A stretch of DNA of 64,000 bases from Chrysemys picta bellii (taxonomy: Eukaryota): assembly GCF_011386835.1 (NCBI RefSeq), contig NC_088802.1:2232001-2296000 (forward strand). The letters are read 5' to 3'. This document shows positions 59,877 through 64,000 of the stretch, one piece after another. The translations under genes were made by a program, and so were the position numbers. How positions within the stretch are numbered: the stretch's first letter is position 1; each line of letters begins with the position of its first letter. A model generated the notes under the pieces. It was not told where the DNA came from. It was given only the letters and a program-made list of their open reading frames with translations, and did no database searches.

Positions 59877-60482
59877 TGTGTTCAGATACTGCCCCTCCAC
59901 TCCAGGCTGTTCATGCTCAGCCAGAACCCCAGAACTTTCCCAATGATTCCCACACACTCTTGTTTGCTACTTGCACAAAACCGGGGGTCAGATCATCCCC
60001 CACACCCTAGGGATCAGTCCCCCTTTAACCATCTGATTTACTCAGATTAACAGCAACTCAGGGCATGGACTGTCTCTGCACAGCATGGCAGGTCCTGAAA
60101 GCTCAGATGGGAATAGAACCCAGGAGTCCTGACCCCCCACATGTGCTCTCCTCTAACCCACTAGCCCCCATTCCCTTCCCAGAGCTGGGGAGAGAACCCA
60201 GGAGCCCTAGCTCCCAGCTCCCCCTGCTCTAACCCACCCAACCCCACTCCCCTCCCAGAGCCAGGGAGAGAACCCAGGCATCCTAGCCTTAAGCCCTACT
60301 GTAATACACCTGTCTGCAGCAATCCCTCAGTTAAAGTACCCCCCAGACATGGGTATTAAAGACACTCATCAAGACACATTGGAAAGTTAAAGCATTCTTA
60401 GGAAAAAGTACTAAAAGTGATAAAAGTTAAATAACAAGAACAAGCCTATAAGAACCCCACCCCTCAAATCCTAACCCCTTAC

Positions 60483-60937
60483 CAGGTCAGGGGACTCTCC
60501 TGTATCTTCCAGCCAAAAGAAAGACCAGACAGCACATACCCCTTCAGCCACACAACTGCATACAACTGCACACAGCAATATAGTGAAACCAGCCCCATTT
60601 GTGTCCTTTTTATAAGCAAGTAGCTCCCAAGGCAGGCTGGGAGTTGGGAGCTAGGAATGCTGGGAATTGTAGTTTCTTCATCAGTTTGCAAAAGGCTCCA
60701 TTTCTGATTGGCCAGGGAATGAAAGGGGTCCGGGCCCTAGACACCATCTGTCTAATACATTGGTCTTTTCTGCTCTTCCCTAGCTGGGAATATGAGCTCC
60801 ACTGTGATTGGCCCAGCCCACCCAGACAGCTGGAGCTCAAGGTTCCCCTGGCCACACCCCTCTCCTCTCTGATTGGTCAGTTCTTTAGGGCTTGGGATGC
60901 CTGATTGGTCCCAAGGGGGGTGTCCCAGCTATTTAAA
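60483..60937. promoter_or_regulatory. Divergent promoter of cassette C
   Basis: Minus donor at 60483/60482; minus TATAAAA 60614-60608; SBS 60655-60673; five ATTGG; plus TATTTAAA 60930-60937. Confidence 0.7.
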
Positions 60938-61000
60938 GCTCATGGTTGGGCTAAGCCCCTATGGTGGTTGGAACTGGGTGTTGTGTCTGGAGTAGTTATA

Positions 61001-61151
61001 ATGGAGTGTGTGAGTTGTGGAAGCAGAGGGGTGTTAAGGCTGGTTCTCTGGGGGTAAGATGAGAGCTGTGGGAAAAGATTGGTTGATATGTGGGGCTGGA
61101 GGCCTGATGGCAGGGGGTTGCTGGGTACTGGGGGTATCTTTAATTCCTCTC

Positions 61152-61191
<40 letters not shown>

Positions 61192-63445
61192 GGGGGGGGT
61201 GGGTGGGTTGACCCCTAGTCCTGCCCCCTGTCTGTATTGGGGAGTTGAGTCTGTCTCCTGGTAGCCAAGCCCCACCTGGTGACTGGGAAGCTGTGAGTTC
61301 CCTGAGGTTGGGGGAGGGTGATGTTGTGGGGGGGCAGGTGTAGTGGGCTGGAGGGGTCACAGCTTTGTCACCTGCAACCTTGTGTGAAATTCATCTTCCT
61401 TGTCTGCTCCCCATCTAGTGCCCCCTAGAGGGGACAGGCCCTATTCCTGGTCCCCCTGAGCCAGCCAGTCCCTGCTCTAGGGCTGGATTGGGGTCTCTGC
61501 CCCCTGTGGGAAGGGGTGGTGGGAGTGACTGGGGGTGCTCACCTTTCCCCCACCCCCAGGGGATGGTTCTGACCCACTTGAAGGTCCAGCCCGGCGAGTG
61601 CATCGCCGTGAAGGGGATGGTGCTGCCGGATGCCAAGAGGTGAGTCTGGGCTGATGGGTGTGAGGAGGGAAGGGTTAACTTGATCCCTGGGGGGCAATGC
61701 TGGGGTTCCCCTGCCCCCCAACAGCACAGTGGGGGAGTCTCTGGGACCTATACATCTCCCTGAAGGCATCTCAGTCCTGGATCTGCATCCTCAGACCCCC
61801 CTGAATCCTCCAGGGTCCCCTGCCTCTGCCCTGACCCCCTTCAGGGGGAGCTGTGGGGATGGGGTGTGTACCAGTGGACTCCCCCATGGGATGGGGGATG
61901 GTCTCCCCAGGACTGACCCCTGAGGTGTCTATGGCCCCAGCCCCTTCTGTGGGGCTGGCTCTCAACCCCTGCATGGGGTGAGCTCAGTGGGACAGAGCCC
62001 CACAGACTGGGGGGCCTGGGCTGCAGGGGGACTGGGGCTGCGTTGGGCCCGTTGATGCTCCTCTCCACCCTGGGAAGGGGCCGGAGGGCGGCAGAGGCGA
62101 TGCTGGGAAAGCTGTGCCATAGGCTGGTGCAATGTGGGAAGCTCCCAGGTGATGCCCAGCAGGTGACCCTGCTGCTGAGGATGGTGGGAAACTTTCCCAC
62201 AAGGCAGCAGGGCTGTGGCTTTCTCCCAGGGGATTCTGGGAGACTAGCCTGTGACCCAGAGCCTGTGGGGGTGACAGCAGGGGATGCTGGAGAATTCCCA
62301 TGATGCAACACATGTCACTGCAGGGGGCTCCATGATGCAGCACTGTCCCAGAGGATGCTGGGAAGCTTCCACCAGTGCAACAAATCGAGCAGAGGGAATT
62401 CTGGGAGATTTTCCCATGGTGCAGGGCAGCAGGGGATGATGAGGAATTTCCCATGATGCTCTGCATGGCACAGGGGTGGCTGGAGGCTTCCCACAATGCA
62501 AAGCAAGTAGCTGTCCCTGTTTGTGGGGGGGCCCTGGGGTGGGATCCCCGCTGGCCCCTGGGGAAGCTGCCTGGCCCAGGCAGCGGGTCCCAGCCTGTCT
62601 CTCTCCCCTCCAGTTTTGCCCTGAACATGGGCCGGGCTGGCTCAGACCTGGCCCTTCACTTCAACCCCCGGTTCGAGAGCCACGGGGACGCCCGCATCAT
62701 CATCTGCAACTCGCTGCAGGGTGGGGAGTGGGGGGAGGAGCAGCAGGAGCTGGACTTCCCCTTCCAGCCGGGGCAGGACACCAAGGTGAGGGGGGCACTG
62801 CCTGGCGGGAGATCCCAGCTCTCCCTCTGTGGGGTGGACTGATTGTGTGTGTGTGTGTGTGTGTGTATGAATCTTGAGCTCCTTGGTAGCAAACACAGCC
62901 CTCTTCTCTCCTAGCTAGGGTGGGGTGATGGGTACTGTTTGGGGGAAGATCACAGCTCCTGTTCATGATGTGAGATGGGCGGGGGGCAGGGCATTGTGGG
63001 GTGAGGGTAGATCCCTCTCTTTGAGGGCAGCCTTCTTCCATCTCTGGGGGACTGTGGGGGAAAATCACAGCTCCCGTTTGCTGGGGTCAGCTGAACGAGG
63101 GGGAGGAGGCAGGGCACTGTGTGGGGAAGACTGCAGCCACCCCATCTTGAGCAGATGAGTCTATTGCTAGTGGGGATGTCTCCAGTCCTGCTTGGGATGT
63201 GAGGGGGGGGGTGGGGGGTGTAAGGTTGGGATGATATTTAACCCTGTAGGGAGCAGGTGTCTCTGGCTCCACCCCTCACCCTCTGGCTCCTCCCCCAGGT
63301 CTGCATCTCCTTCAATGCCCAGGAGCTGACGGTGGCGCTGCCGGGGGAGCAGCAGCTGAAATTCCCCAACCGGCTGGGGCTGGAGGCTGTTGAATTCTTC
63401 TCAGTGGAGGGAGACTTCAGGGTCAAGTCCATCAAGTTCAAGTAG
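61001..63445 (+). CDS. Galectin-1-like prototype galectin, copy C, 135 aa, R73Q
   Basis: Exons 61001-61009, 61560-61639, 62614-62785, 63299-63445; intact frame and splice sites; WGEEQQEL instead of WGEEQREP; AATAAA 63520-63525. Confidence 0.93.
61155..61188. repeat. (GT)n microsatellite
   Basis: About 17 GT units in galectin C intron 1. Confidence 0.95.
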
Positions 63446-64000
63446 CTCCACCCCTTTCCTGCTGGCTCCTCCCCTTCCCTGATGGCTCCGCCCCCTCCAT
63501 GGGGAGTTAAAAACCTACCAATAAACATGAATCTGCTCGTCACCTTGCGCTGTCCCTGGGCTCGTTATTCACCCCAGTGCAGCCTGGCTGGGTGGAGGCC
63601 AGGCAGGCAGGGGGCGCTAGACCTGTGTTTGTGGGGGGGATTCTCCTTTGGGGACAAGGATCCCTCTGGGACTTGTATAGAGGATGGAGGAATCTAGGGG
63701 TGCAATACTGGAACATGGTCTAGTGGCTGGGAGCCAGGACTCCTGGGTTCCCTCCCTGGCTCTGGGAGGGGAGTGGGGTCTGGGGATTATGGGATGGGGG
63801 GGGCTGGGAGCCAGGACTCCTGGGTTCTCTCCTTGCCATGGTAAGGGAAAATGGAGAGAGAGGAAAGGGGGTTGCACCCTTTTCACCTTCTCCTCTCCCA
63901 CTTTGAATTTTTTTATCTTTACCTTCTCACTGTCTAGTAGCCCCTTGAGGAACAAGGTCCCATTTTTCCCCCCCACCCTGGGGCCTGATTAGAGCCAGGC

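Larger units (their letters stand above)
58812..64000 (+). repeat. Segmental duplicate of ~21200-26260
   Basis: Collinear similarity from GTGAGATGAGTTTTCAT onward, including the MITE, promoter, four galectin exons and 3' flank. Confidence 0.95.

Overview
Vertebrate genomic DNA, almost certainly turtle (tortoise-type PolIII/SINE, CR1, Penelope and hAT/Harbinger repeats), from the MHC class III region. Left 17.5 kb: a 5-exon NCR3(NKp30)/XMIV-like Ig V receptor gene (+), then GPANK1 (-) and CSNK2B (+) head-to-head across a CpG island with separate NRF1, KLF/Sp and ZNF143 motif clusters. Right 44 kb: a cassette present in three copies, made of an uncharacterised minus-strand gene with a 98-aa domain and a plus-strand galectin-1-like gene, sharing a compact TATA/ZNF143/CCAAT/TATA divergent promoter. 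Copy A is intact, with a one-domain 134-aa gene and a canonical galectin. Copy B has an 8 x 98-aa repeat-expanded 796-codon ORF and only a galectin relic. Copy C has a galectin with R73Q in the sugar-binding site and has lost its partner ORF at a CR1 junction. Two young but defective class I ERVs (tRNA-Arg PBSs, 4-bp TSDs), CR1, Penelope (with a decayed hammerhead ribozyme), Harbinger and hAT elements are interspersed. All calls were made by eye without database searches; family assignments rest on recalled motifs and need confirming.
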